Of a stretch of 64,000 nucleotides of DNA, positions 8,838 to 17,597 are shown piece after piece (within the stretch, counting starts at the first letter, position 1; every line of letters starts with the position of its first letter). A program made the position numbers and the translations under genes. Source of the stretch: an uncultured Chloroflexia bacterium. Its GTDB lineage: Bacteria > Chloroflexota > Limnocylindria > Limnocylindrales > CSP1-4. Location of the stretch: contig CAVVJT010000004.1 in NCBI GenBank assembly GCA_963748625.1, positions 128,001 to 192,000 on the forward strand, given 5' to 3'. Below the pieces are notes generated by a model. That model was not told the origin of the DNA, searched no databases, and saw only the letters and a list, made by a program, of their open reading frames with translations.

Positions 8838-10193
8838 TCACGCTGCCGTCCGCCGTATCCCCTTGCCCACCGTCGGCAGCGTGGGCCGGGGAGGAACGGT
8901 GCCTTCGAGCAGGCCTGTTGCCCGATAGCGAGCGAACGTCTCAACGACCAGCCCTCGCACCTCGAGGCCGGTCAGCGCCGCCAGCACGGTGGCAGGGGCA
9001 AGGCCCGTGGCGGCGGCGACCGCGTCCGCCGTGGCGGGTCCATCCTGCAGTTGCCGGGCGATCAACCGCTCGGTGGACGGGAGGTCCGCGAGCGGATCCG
9101 CGAGCCCCCGATGCATGGAGTCCGGGGCCAGGTAGCCGAGGTCCTCCAGCAGCTCCGGAACGCCCGCGATGACACGCGCCTCGGGACCCGCTTCACGCAG
9201 GAAGGCCAGGCTTCCGGCGACCGTGGGGTCGTCGGGCCGGCCTGGGACCAGGTGCAGCCCCCTGCCCTGTTCCAGCGCCCAGGCAGCTGTCGTGAGGGCA
9301 CCGCTCCGCGCGCCCGCCTCCACGACCACGGTTGCGTCTGCAAGGCCGCTGATCAGGCGATTGCGGCGCGGGAAGCTGCTCCTGGACGGTCGGGTGTCCG
9401 GCGCGAACTCGCTCAGGATGGCGCCCCCACCGTCGACGATCTGCTGAGCGAGTCCGCGGTGTCCGGCCGGGTAGAGGCGCGCGTGCCCCCCGCCGATGAC
9501 GGCCACCGTGGGCGTCTCGTTCCGCACGGCCGTCGCATGCGCGGCCCCGTCGATGCCCAGCGCCAGCCCCGACACCACGGTCGCGCCATGGGCACCGACC
9601 GCCTCCGCGATGCGGCAGGCGATCGTCCGACCCGCGGCGGTGGGACGACGCGTGCCCACGATGGCCACGGCACGCATCCGATCCAGGGCTGCGACCGATC
9701 CGCGCAGGAACAGCACTGGCGGTGGCAGCTCGACAGCACGCAGCCTCGATGGATAGGCATCATCCGCGAGGAGGATGACGTCGACACCGGCTCTGCGGAC
9801 GACCGCCAGGCGCTGCTCGGAATCGCGCGCCGCCGCCACGACCTCGGCAGCCGCCTCCGGGTCCAGGTGCCAGGCGCCACCGTCGCGCGTTCCGGCGGTG
9901 ACCACGAGGCCGGGGGCGCCTGCCGGTCCCCGAGCGGCCGCCAGCACGCTTCGCGCGGAGCCGTACGCTGCAAGCAGGCGGCCGAACGTCACCGGGCCTA
10001 CGCCATCCGCGCTCGCGAGCACCACCCAGGCCTCGCGTTCCCCATCGTCCACGCCCGATGGGGAGTCGCCCTGGGTCACCCGGGCCGGCGACAACGCCGT
10101 CTGCCCTGGCCTCGACACCGATCCGGGACGCGGTCCGCCGCCTCCCTCGGCCTCCGCACGCCCGAGCGGCCCACGACGTCCCACCCCGAGCAT
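8838..10193 (-). CDS. dprA: DNA-processing protein DprA (Smf)
   Basis: YPSRL...PPPVLFLRG, VAIVGTRRPT, VVSGLALGIDGAAH, FPRRNRLISGL, VVEAGARSGALTTA, C-terminal wHTH. Confidence 0.95.
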   Translation of the reverse strand: MLGVGRRGPLGRAEAEGGGGPRPGSVSRPGQTALSPARVTQGDSPSGVDDGEREAWVVLASADGVGPVTFGRLLAAYGSARSVLAAARGPAGAPGLVVTAGTRDGGAWHLDPEAAAEVVAAARDSEQRLAVVRRAGVDVILLADDAYPSRLRAVELPPPVLFLRGSVAALDRMRAVAIVGTRRPTAAGRTIACRIAEAVGAHGATVVSGLALGIDGAAHATAVRNETPTVAVIGGGHARLYPAGHRGLAQQIVDGGGAILSEFAPDTRPSRSSFPRRNRLISGLADATVVVEAGARSGALTTAAWALEQGRGLHLVPGRPDDPTVAGSLAFLREAGPEARVIAGVPELLEDLGYLAPDSMHRGLADPLADLPSTERLIARQLQDGPATADAVAAATGLAPATVLAALTGLEVRGLVVETFARYRATGLLEGTVPPRPTLPTVGKGIRRTAA

Positions 10194-11761
10194 CAGCCGG
10201 CCGCCTGCAGGATGCCGCGATCGGCCGGCGCCCGGAAGCGCGCCGCCTCATCGAGATGGCGGGGCTCCACGACCACGGAGCCCTCCAGGTCCGCGATCGT
10301 CCGCGCTACCCGCAGCAGCCGGTCGGTTCCCCGACCCGACATTCGCTCGCGGTCCGCAAGCGCGGTCGCACGGCTGACGGCATCCGTGTCGAGCTGGCAG
10401 TGCGCCCGGAGGCGACGACCGGCGACGCGCCCGTTCGGCTGCGCTCCTGGCCGTGCCCGCTGGATGTCCCGTGCTGCGGCGATCCGCGCCGCAACGGCCG
10501 CGGAGGACTCGGGAGCGCCCGGCGCGAGAAGGACTGCGGGCGGCACGCGATCAACGGTCACCCACAGGTCGATCCGGTCTCGCAGCGGCCCGGAGATCCG
10601 CCGCTGGTAGCGCTCCGGCACACCCGGCGGACAGAGGCAGGTGCCGTCCAGCGACCCGTACTGGCCGCACGGGCACGCGTTCATCGCCGCGACGAAGGTG
10701 AACCGGGCGGGGAACACGCCGGCCCTGCCCACGCGCACAACTGATACCGCTCCGTCCTCGAGCGGCTGGCGCAGCGCTTCGAGGACGTCTCGGCCGAACT
10801 CCGGCAGCTCGTCGCAGAACAGGACGCCCTGGTCGGCCAGGGTGACCTCGCCCGGCGAGAGCCGCGGGCCTCCGCCCACCATGCCGGCATAGCTGGTCGT
10901 GTGGTGGGGCGCCCGGAACGGCGGCCTCCGGACCAGTGCCTCCACCGGCGCCTCGCTGCTGGCCGAGGCGACGACGGTCGCCTCGAGTGCCGCTTGGTCG
11001 TCCAGGTCGGGCAGGAGCCCCGGGATGGTGCTCGCGATCAGTGTCTTGCCTGATCCGGGCGGACCGACGAGCACCAGCGGATGACTCCCGGCAAGCGCGA
11101 TCTCCAGAGCACGGCGCGCCTGCAGCTGCCCGCGCACATCGCTGAGGTCCGGGGCGGGAGCATCCGCGGGTCCCTGCACCGCGGGGCCAGTGGGATCGAT
11201 CGTCACAGCGACGTCCGCACGCGGCAGGGCGACAGGGGCTGCACGGCGCGCGCGCGGCGACCGGAGTGCCGCTGCCGCTTCGGCAAGGTCCGCCGCCGGG
11301 ACCAGGTCGAGGCCGGGTGCGAGCGAGGCCTCGCGCTCCGCCTCGGCCGGGACCACGACACGACGCACGCCGCGCGCAGCCAGGGCCATGCACATGGGCA
11401 GGAGCCCCGGCACCCGCCGAACCTCCCCACCGAGGCCGAGCTCTCCGATGACGCCCACCCGTCCCCTGCCGGCCCGCAACTGTTCGGATCCCAGCAGGAT
11501 CCCGAGCGCGATCGCAAGGTCCAGGGAAGCGCCAGCCTTGCGCAATTCGGCGGGTGCGAGGTTCACGGTGATGCGCCGCGGCGGGTGGTGGAAGCCCGAG
11601 TTGCGCAGCGCGCCCCGCACCCGCTCGCGCGCCTCCGACAATGCCGCGTCGGGCAGGCCGACGATCGTGAAGCCCGGCAGCCCGGGGGCGACATCGACCT
11701 CGACGCGGACGACGCGCCCTGCGATGCCGTGGAGGGTTGCGGAGAGGAGGGTGGCAAGCAC
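10193..11761 (-). CDS. comM: YifB/ComM Mg-chelatase-like AAA+ ATPase
   Basis: GLPDAALSEARERVR, ITVNLAPAELRK, GPPGSGKT, PFRAPHHT, PGEVTLADQGVLFCDELPEF, CPCG...CLC, ISGPLRDRID. Confidence 0.93.
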   Translation of the reverse strand: MLATLLSATLHGIAGRVVRVEVDVAPGLPGFTIVGLPDAALSEARERVRGALRNSGFHHPPRRITVNLAPAELRKAGASLDLAIALGILLGSEQLRAGRGRVGVIGELGLGGEVRRVPGLLPMCMALAARGVRRVVVPAEAEREASLAPGLDLVPAADLAEAAAALRSPRARRAAPVALPRADVAVTIDPTGPAVQGPADAPAPDLSDVRGQLQARRALEIALAGSHPLVLVGPPGSGKTLIASTIPGLLPDLDDQAALEATVVASASSEAPVEALVRRPPFRAPHHTTSYAGMVGGGPRLSPGEVTLADQGVLFCDELPEFGRDVLEALRQPLEDGAVSVVRVGRAGVFPARFTFVAAMNACPCGQYGSLDGTCLCPPGVPERYQRRISGPLRDRIDLWVTVDRVPPAVLLAPGAPESSAAVAARIAAARDIQRARPGAQPNGRVAGRRLRAHCQLDTDAVSRATALADRERMSGRGTDRLLRVARTIADLEGSVVVEPRHLDEAARFRAPADRGILQAAG

Positions 11762-11877
11762 GAGTCCGACGGTAGGTTCCGGTGCTTGTCTGTCGCTTAG
11801 ACCGTGCTTATGTGCCGCTTATCCGGCCACAACCCGGTCGCCGCGACCTGGCGGTCGATGAGCCGCAGGAGCGTCGC

Positions 11878-13050
11878 TCAGCGACCCGTGGACGGTGCGA
11901 GGAGGCCAGCGGCCTGCGCGGCCCCCTTGTCCACGGCCTTCGCAAACTCCAGCACCGAGCGCCCGAGCACCGAGTCCGGCTTGTCGGTCATGATCGGCGC
12001 ACCGGTGTTCAGCGCGGAGATCGCGCCGCGGTACTCGTTGACCACCTGGAACTCGATGGGCCGACGAAGGGCGCCCTCGGCGCTCTTCACGTTGATGCCG
12101 GTGAACGCGTTCGAGCGGTTGAGCACCAGCTTCAGCTTGCTCTGCTCGTAGCCCAGGTGGCCGATCGTCTGGAGGAGCAGACGCACGTTCTTGAGGCAGG
12201 AGAGATCCGCCGTCATGACCGCGAAGATCGTGTCGGCGACATCAAGGACCATCAGGTTGAGATCGTCGAGGCGCTTGTCGATATCCACGATGACGTAGTC
12301 GTACATGCCTGCGAGGATGTCCAGCACCCGCGCCATGTGCGCGGAGGTGACGAGGTCCGCGGTCTCGGGCGTCGGCGGCGCGAGGAGCAGGTCCATGCCC
12401 GAGTCGTGCTTCTGGACGATGCTGCGGGCAAGATCGGCGTCCATCGCTGGGGCGGTGACCAGGTCGACGATGCTACGGCGATCGTTGCCAAGGTCGAGGA
12501 ACACGCGGTGGTCCCCGAACTGCAGGTTGCCATCCACCAGGCACACGCGACGGCCCATGCCCTGCAGGGCGATGGCCGCGTTGATCGCGATGGTCGTGGT
12601 GCCCACGCCGCCCTTCGCGCCGTAGTAGGCGTGGATCCGGCCCATGGGCGGCCGGCCGACGAGCGCCTCCGATGGCGAGAAGCGCGCAATGAGCGACTTC
12701 ATGCGCGCGATCAGCTCTGCGGGATGGAACGGCTTGACGAGGTAGTCGTCGGCGCCGGCCCGCAGCGCGCGAACCTTCAGCTGCACGTCGCGGTCGGTGG
12801 TCAGCATGATGATCGGGACGTGGCGGGTTCCGGCCTCGTCGGCACGGATCCGGGTGGCGACCTCGTAGCCGTCGAGCGCGCGCACCGTTGCGTCCAGCAG
12901 GATCAGCGAGGGCGCCTCCGAGGTCGCGAGGCGCAGGCCCTCGGCGCCGTCGGTGGCGACGACGACCTCGTACCCCTCCTGGGCGAGCGTGGCCTGCAGG
13001 AGCCGCTGGACGCTCGCGTCGTCATCGACGACCAGGACCTTCCCCGCCAT
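11878..13050 (-). CDS. Receiver domain fused to a CpaE/TadZ/MinD-like ATPase
   Basis: REC: VLVVDDD, LILLD, GADDYLVKPF. Deviant Walker A GAKGGVGTTT; LVDGNLQFGD; YDYVIVD. GGAGG SD. Confidence 0.88.
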   Translation of the reverse strand: MAGKVLVVDDDASVQRLLQATLAQEGYEVVVATDGAEGLRLATSEAPSLILLDATVRALDGYEVATRIRADEAGTRHVPIIMLTTDRDVQLKVRALRAGADDYLVKPFHPAELIARMKSLIARFSPSEALVGRPPMGRIHAYYGAKGGVGTTTIAINAAIALQGMGRRVCLVDGNLQFGDHRVFLDLGNDRRSIVDLVTAPAMDADLARSIVQKHDSGMDLLLAPPTPETADLVTSAHMARVLDILAGMYDYVIVDIDKRLDDLNLMVLDVADTIFAVMTADLSCLKNVRLLLQTIGHLGYEQSKLKLVLNRSNAFTGINVKSAEGALRRPIEFQVVNEYRGAISALNTGAPIMTDKPDSVLGRSVLEFAKAVDKGAAQAAGLLAPSTGR

Positions 13051-13165
13051 GCGCCCTCCAGTGCTCCCCGTCCGGCGCGCCTCGGCGCCGGTTCATGGGC
13101 AGCAGTATAGAGGTGCGGCGCTGGGGAGCCGGCGCTCGCGGGTCACCGTGCGCCGGGGACGGCGA

Positions 13166-14071
13166 TCAGCTTCCGGCCTTGCCGTCTCCGACGGAGGTGA
13201 GCGTCGCCGACTGGACGTAGCCGCCGATCTTCTGCGCCAGGTCCAGGAACTCGGTCGGGATCACGAACTTGGTGGACGGGCTGGCGCCGAGCGCCTTGAG
13301 CGCCTCGAGGTACTGGAGCGTGAGCGTCTTGTCGTCGACGAGGCGGGCGGCACTGTAGATCCGCTCCAGCGCCTGGCTGAAGCCCTCGGCCTTGAGGATG
13401 GCGGCCTGCCGCTCACCCTCGGCCTTGAGGATCTCCGACTGCTTCTGGCCCTCGGCGACGTTGATGGCGGACTGGCGCAAGCCCTCGGACTCGGTGATGA
13501 CCGCCCGACGCGTTCGCTCCGCGGAGAGCTGGCGGTTCATCGCGTCCTGGACGTCGCGCGGCGGCGTGATCTCGCGGATCTCCACCGTCGTGATCTTGCC
13601 GCCCCAGCGCTCGGTCACCTCGTCGAGCTTCGTGCGCAGGACCTCGTTGATCTGCTCGCGCTTGGACAGGACGTCGTCAAGCAGGATGTCGCCGATCACT
13701 GCGCGCAGGGTCGTGGTCGCCACGCCCTGGAGGGCGCCCGGGAAGTTCTGGACGTTGACGACGCTGCGCAGGGCATCCGAGATGCGCCAGTAGATGAGGA
13801 AGTCGACGCTGATCGGCGCGTTGTCCTTGGTGATCGTGGTCTGGCTCGGGACCTCGATGAACTGCTCACGCATGTCAACCTTGACCGGCCTGTCGACGAT
13901 CGGGACGAGGAAGCGCAGGCCCGGCCCACGGACCATCGCCTCATTCGTCTTGCCCAGCCGGAACACGACAAGCTGCTCGTACTGCTGCACCACGCGGACC
14001 GACAGGTACAGGATCGTGAGGATGATGACGGCGAGGAAGAGCAGGGTGGCGAGGAAGACGATGAGCGGCAT
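13166..14071 (-). CDS. SPFH/band-7 stomatin-like protein
   Basis: N-terminal TM; VVFRLGK, GPGL.FLVPIVD, ITKDNAPISVD, TTLRAVIG, AERTRRA, LQYLEAL. Confidence 0.93.
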   Translation of the reverse strand: MPLIVFLATLLFLAVIILTILYLSVRVVQQYEQLVVFRLGKTNEAMVRGPGLRFLVPIVDRPVKVDMREQFIEVPSQTTITKDNAPISVDFLIYWRISDALRSVVNVQNFPGALQGVATTTLRAVIGDILLDDVLSKREQINEVLRTKLDEVTERWGGKITTVEIREITPPRDVQDAMNRQLSAERTRRAVITESEGLRQSAINVAEGQKQSEILKAEGERQAAILKAEGFSQALERIYSAARLVDDKTLTLQYLEALKALGASPSTKFVIPTEFLDLAQKIGGYVQSATLTSVGDGKAGS

Positions 14072-14086
14072 GGCAGGCCTCCGTGC

Positions 14087-14806
14087 CTAGGGCCGGGTGG
14101 TGACCGGCGGGCCGGCCGGTGATGGATCGGGAGCAGGTGGGGGTTGTGGCGGCAGCGCAGTGAGGGCCGGGTCGTCGACCTCCACGATGGCGATCAGACC
14201 GTCGAGCTCGAGGAGCCGGACGGGCGTGTCACGTGGCACGAGCCGCTCATCGGGCGTCCGGGCGGTCCAACTCTCGCCGCCGAGCTGCACGGTGCCAATG
14301 GGGGCGAGGGGCGCCTGCACGATGCCGGGCGTTCCGGGCGGCAGGACGGTGCCGATGGTCCCGGGGGTCGCCTTCATCCCCTTCGTCCGGACAGCCGCCC
14401 ATGCGATGCCGAAGCCCGCCAGCGCTGCGACACCCGCCACGAGCACGATCACCTGGGTCGACACGACGACCGGCCCGCCGGGAGGCGGCGGCGTCACGCT
14501 GTAGATCATCTGGGCACCGATCACGATCGCCACGACCCCCGCGATGGTCAGCAGCCCGTGACTGGTGATCTGCGTCTCGAGCACGAACAGGACGAGGCCC
14601 AGCGCGATCACGGCCACGCCCCACCAGTTGACCGGCAGCGAGCTGAAGCCGATCAAGGCCAGGATCAGGAGCACGACGCCCGCGATGCCGCCGAGGATCG
14701 TGGGGTTGACCAGTTCGATCGTCAGCAGGATGGCGCCCGCCATGAACAACAGGAACGCGACGTCGGGGTTGGAGAGCCCCTGCGCAAGACCCGCGAGTGC
14801 ATCCAT
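14087..14806 (-). CDS. NfeD-family membrane protein (TM bundle plus OB fold, no N-terminal protease domain)
   Basis: NPDVAFLL..., IELVNP...GGIAG, LPVNWWG, GTVQLGGESWTAR; immediately upstream of the SPFH gene. Confidence 0.85.
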   Translation of the reverse strand: MDALAGLAQGLSNPDVAFLLFMAGAILLTIELVNPTILGGIAGVVLLILALIGFSSLPVNWWGVAVIALGLVLFVLETQITSHGLLTIAGVVAIVIGAQMIYSVTPPPPGGPVVVSTQVIVLVAGVAALAGFGIAWAAVRTKGMKATPGTIGTVLPPGTPGIVQAPLAPIGTVQLGGESWTARTPDERLVPRDTPVRLLELDGLIAIVEVDDPALTALPPQPPPAPDPSPAGPPVTTRP

Positions 14807-14868
14807 CTCGTGGCGAGTATCCCACCTTGCGGGCCCGGGGTCGCGTGCCGCTCCTCCCGCGTTCGCAG

Positions 14869-15447
14869 TCACCCGGTCAGGGCGTCGAAGGCCAGGCGGC
14901 TCCAGGTCTCGAGATGGTCGCGGACGGCCTCGACCTCGGCGGTCGTCGCGAAGGTGCCGGTCAGCTTCTCCGTCTCGCGGATCGCGACCGGGCGGCCTCC
15001 CGCGTCCGCGATGTAGACGAACCCGACATGGACCGCGCCCACCGCCGTCGTGTCGTCGTTGAGCAGGCCCACCGGCGCATAGTCGGGTTCGAACGCGGCC
15101 TCGACCTCCTCCGCCCACTCGCGGGCCAGGCCCCCGGCCACGTCGCCGTCGCCTGGATTGAGATGCCCGCCCACACCGATGGACCATAGGTCGTGGAGCC
15201 GGGCGTCACCGCCCGCCCTGGTCCGGCGCATCAGGAACCAGCGTTCGCCGTCGCGCAGCACCAGGTACGGGATGACCTGCTTGAAGGACGGGTCCTCCTC
15301 CGCGTCGCCACGGCGCATGAACCGCCCGTCACGAGCGACCACTGCGAGCGCGTCGGCCAGGTCCCCGCGGCGCACTCCGAGCCATCCATCTCCAGGCACG
15401 AGCGCCGGACGCGGAACGACCAGTACCAGCTCGTCGGGGTTGCCCAC
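14869..15447 (-). CDS. NUDIX-fold hydrolase (YmaB-like)
   Basis: EEDPSFKQVIPY, SIGVGGHLNP, REWAEEV, VGAVHVG, ETWSR. Confidence 0.8.
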   Translation of the reverse strand: MGNPDELVLVVPRPALVPGDGWLGVRRGDLADALAVVARDGRFMRRGDAEEDPSFKQVIPYLVLRDGERWFLMRRTRAGGDARLHDLWSIGVGGHLNPGDGDVAGGLAREWAEEVEAAFEPDYAPVGLLNDDTTAVGAVHVGFVYIADAGGRPVAIRETEKLTGTFATTAEVEAVRDHLETWSRLAFDALTG

Positions 15448-15449
15448 GG

Positions 15450-16331
15450 TCAGCGATCCCCCTCCAGCCGCGCCCGTGCGGCGGCCAGCCGGTCCTGGAG
15501 GGCGGCGGCATCGGGTCCAGCTGGTGTATCAAGCTCTGCGATCCAGGCGTCGATCCGCTCCCGGTACGCACGCAGGACGGGCACGATGGCCGCGGCATTC
15601 GACGCCGCGATCTGGGCGCCCATCGTCACATCGCCGCGCGCGAGCCTCGTGGTGTCGCGCCACCCGGTCGCCGCAAGGCGCGATGCGGCCTCCCAGTCCG
15701 GAGCGGGCTCCGGGCCGGTCCCGGTGACAGCCTCGACCAGGGCCACGGACGTCAGGAGCGGGACATGGCTGATGGATGCGACCAGCCGGTCGTGCCGGCC
15801 GGATTCGAGCGTCACCGGGATCGCCCCGCACGTGAGCGCGACGTCATGGACGGGCGCAGGATCGCCCCCGCCAACGGCCTCGGTGATCACCCATGGGCGC
15901 CCGCGGAACAGGTCCGCGTCCGCGGCGTCGAAGCCCGAGGTCTCGCGACCCGCCATCGGGTGTCCACCGACGAAGGGAATGCGGGCCTCGCGGGCCGCAG
16001 CCGTGATGGCGGCCTTGGTCGAGGCGACGTCGGTGACCGTACAACCGGGTGCGAGGACACCGGCGCCCCCGTCCTGCGCTCCGAGCCAGGTCACGAGGTG
16101 CACGCAGGCCAGCGGCGGAGCGGCGAGGATCACCAGCGCGGCGTCGTCGACGGCGTCGCCCGGCGAGCTCGCGGCCTCGTCGAGGACCCCAGCGCGATGG
16201 GCCGCGGCCGGCCCAGCGCCCGACGGGGTCCATGCCACGAGCTGCCAGCGCCTGCCGCCAGGATCGACGGTCCGCAGGGCATGCGCGACCGAGCCACCGA
16301 TGAGCCCGAAGCCGAGGAAGGCGATCCGCAT
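15450..16331 (-). CDS. tyrA: Prephenate/arogenate dehydrogenase
   Basis: GFGLIGGS, TDVASTK, FVGGHPMAGRETSG, HDRLVASISHVP, GWRDTTRLA. Confidence 0.92.
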   Translation of the reverse strand: MRIAFLGFGLIGGSVAHALRTVDPGGRRWQLVAWTPSGAGPAAAHRAGVLDEAASSPGDAVDDAALVILAAPPLACVHLVTWLGAQDGGAGVLAPGCTVTDVASTKAAITAAAREARIPFVGGHPMAGRETSGFDAADADLFRGRPWVITEAVGGGDPAPVHDVALTCGAIPVTLESGRHDRLVASISHVPLLTSVALVEAVTGTGPEPAPDWEAASRLAATGWRDTTRLARGDVTMGAQIAASNAAAIVPVLRAYRERIDAWIAELDTPAGPDAAALQDRLAAARARLEGDR

Positions 16332-16419
16332 CTTCGGATTATCGCGGGTGATCGGCTACGGCGAACGCTGTAGACTCGCAGGCAGCTGCTCATCCCTCGA
16401 ATCCCGCTCGATCCACAGA

Positions 16420-17160
16420 GTGAGCGTGCCTGTGTCGCCCAACGACAACGCTGAGGGGAGCTCGGCCGGGGATCCCCGTCCCATCGGCCAGCCGCCGGCA
16501 TCCCGCCGCATCCGGGTGTTGCTGGTCGACGACCATCGTCTGATCCCGGAGTCACTCGCGCGTGTGCTGGAGCACGAGCCGGACATGCGCGTCGTGGGCA
16601 TTGCGTCGAGCGTGGCCGAGACCCGCGCGCTCGTCAAGGATCCCGTCGACGTGGTCCTCATGGATTACCGTCTGCCCGACGGCACCGGTGTCGATGCCAC
16701 CCGGATGATCAAAGCCCGCTGGCCCAACTCGCGGGTTGTCATGCTGACCGCGATCGACGATGACGAGGTGGTCCTCGAGTCCATCCAGGCCGGCGCTGAT
16801 GGCTACATCACCAAGGATCGGGCTGTCGCAGACGTCATCGCGACCGTGCGGGCGGCGCATGCGGGAGCCACGCTCCTGCCGCGTTCGCTGATCGAGGCGA
16901 TCGCCCGGCGTGTGGCCGAGACACGCGAGCGGCAGGCTGACAGGGTGCCGGTCGAGACGCTCACGCCTCGCGAGCTGGAGGTGTTGCGCGCGCTGGTCGA
17001 AGGCCTGTCCACGCAGGAGATCTGCGAGCGGCTCCACATCACGCCCAACACGCTTCGCACCCACGTGCAGAACATCATGGGCAAGCTGCACGTGCACTCG
17101 AAGCTCGAGGCCGTTGCCTTCGCGCTGCGCCACAAGCTCGTGGAGCCCCCGCGCGCCTAG
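16420..17160 (+). CDS. NarL/FixJ-family response regulator (REC plus LuxR HTH)
   Basis: RVLLVDDH, DVVLMDYRLPDGTG, GADGYITK, LTPRELEVL...THVQNIMGKL. Start uncertain (GTG 16420 or 16432). No adjacent kinase. Confidence 0.92.
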   Translation: MSVPVSPNDNAEGSSAGDPRPIGQPPASRRIRVLLVDDHRLIPESLARVLEHEPDMRVVGIASSVAETRALVKDPVDVVLMDYRLPDGTGVDATRMIKARWPNSRVVMLTAIDDDEVVLESIQAGADGYITKDRAVADVIATVRAAHAGATLLPRSLIEAIARRVAETRERQADRVPVETLTPRELEVLRALVEGLSTQEICERLHITPNTLRTHVQNIMGKLHVHSKLEAVAFALRHKLVEPPRA

Positions 17161-17181
17161 GAGACCCGTGCCGGTCGAGAC

Positions 17182-17424
17182 TCAGCCCGACCGCCGAGGA
17201 CCCGACCTGCGATCGGCCACCCGGCGCTCTCCCGTGCCCTCGGGAGGACCGGGGGCATGGGGCGGATTGACGCGGCGCTGGTGGTGGCGACGATCGTCGC
17301 TCCGCCGCTCCGCGTCCAGCAACGCGCCACACCGCGGACAACGGCGCTCTTCGGGGTAGAGGGCCTCGATCGGTGAGACCGTGTAGACCTGTCGGCCGCA
17401 CGCGCGGCATGCGAGCTTGGGCAC
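17182..17424 (-). CDS. Small Zn-ribbon protein (CxxC...CxxC) with an Arg-rich ERR/DRR tail
   Basis: CRAC...CPRC; strong SD (AGGAGG) before GTG; own -10 hexamer TAGAGT at 17455-17460. Confidence 0.8.
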   Translation of the reverse strand: MPKLACRACGRQVYTVSPIEALYPEERRCPRCGALLDAERRSDDRRHHQRRVNPPHAPGPPEGTGERRVADRRSGPRRSG

Positions 17425-17475
17425 CTCGACCTCCTACCGCTCCACGGGCTTCCGACTCTACGACAGGCAGCGTAT

Positions 17476-17489
17476 GCGGGAATACCCGC
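17476..17489. promoter_or_regulatory. Palindromic operator candidate GCGGG-AATA-CCCGC at the -35 position of the Zn-ribbon gene promoter
   Basis: 5-4-5 inverted repeat 15 nt upstream of the -10 hexamer. Confidence 0.4.
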
Positions 17490-17597
17490 TATCGACCACA
17501 CTGGGTCTGGTGCGCCCCCCCAGGCGCCCCGACCACACGGGCAGGTGGTCGCGGTGGGTCGCCTCCCCCCTGGGGCGGCCCACCACCCCTCCCTCGG

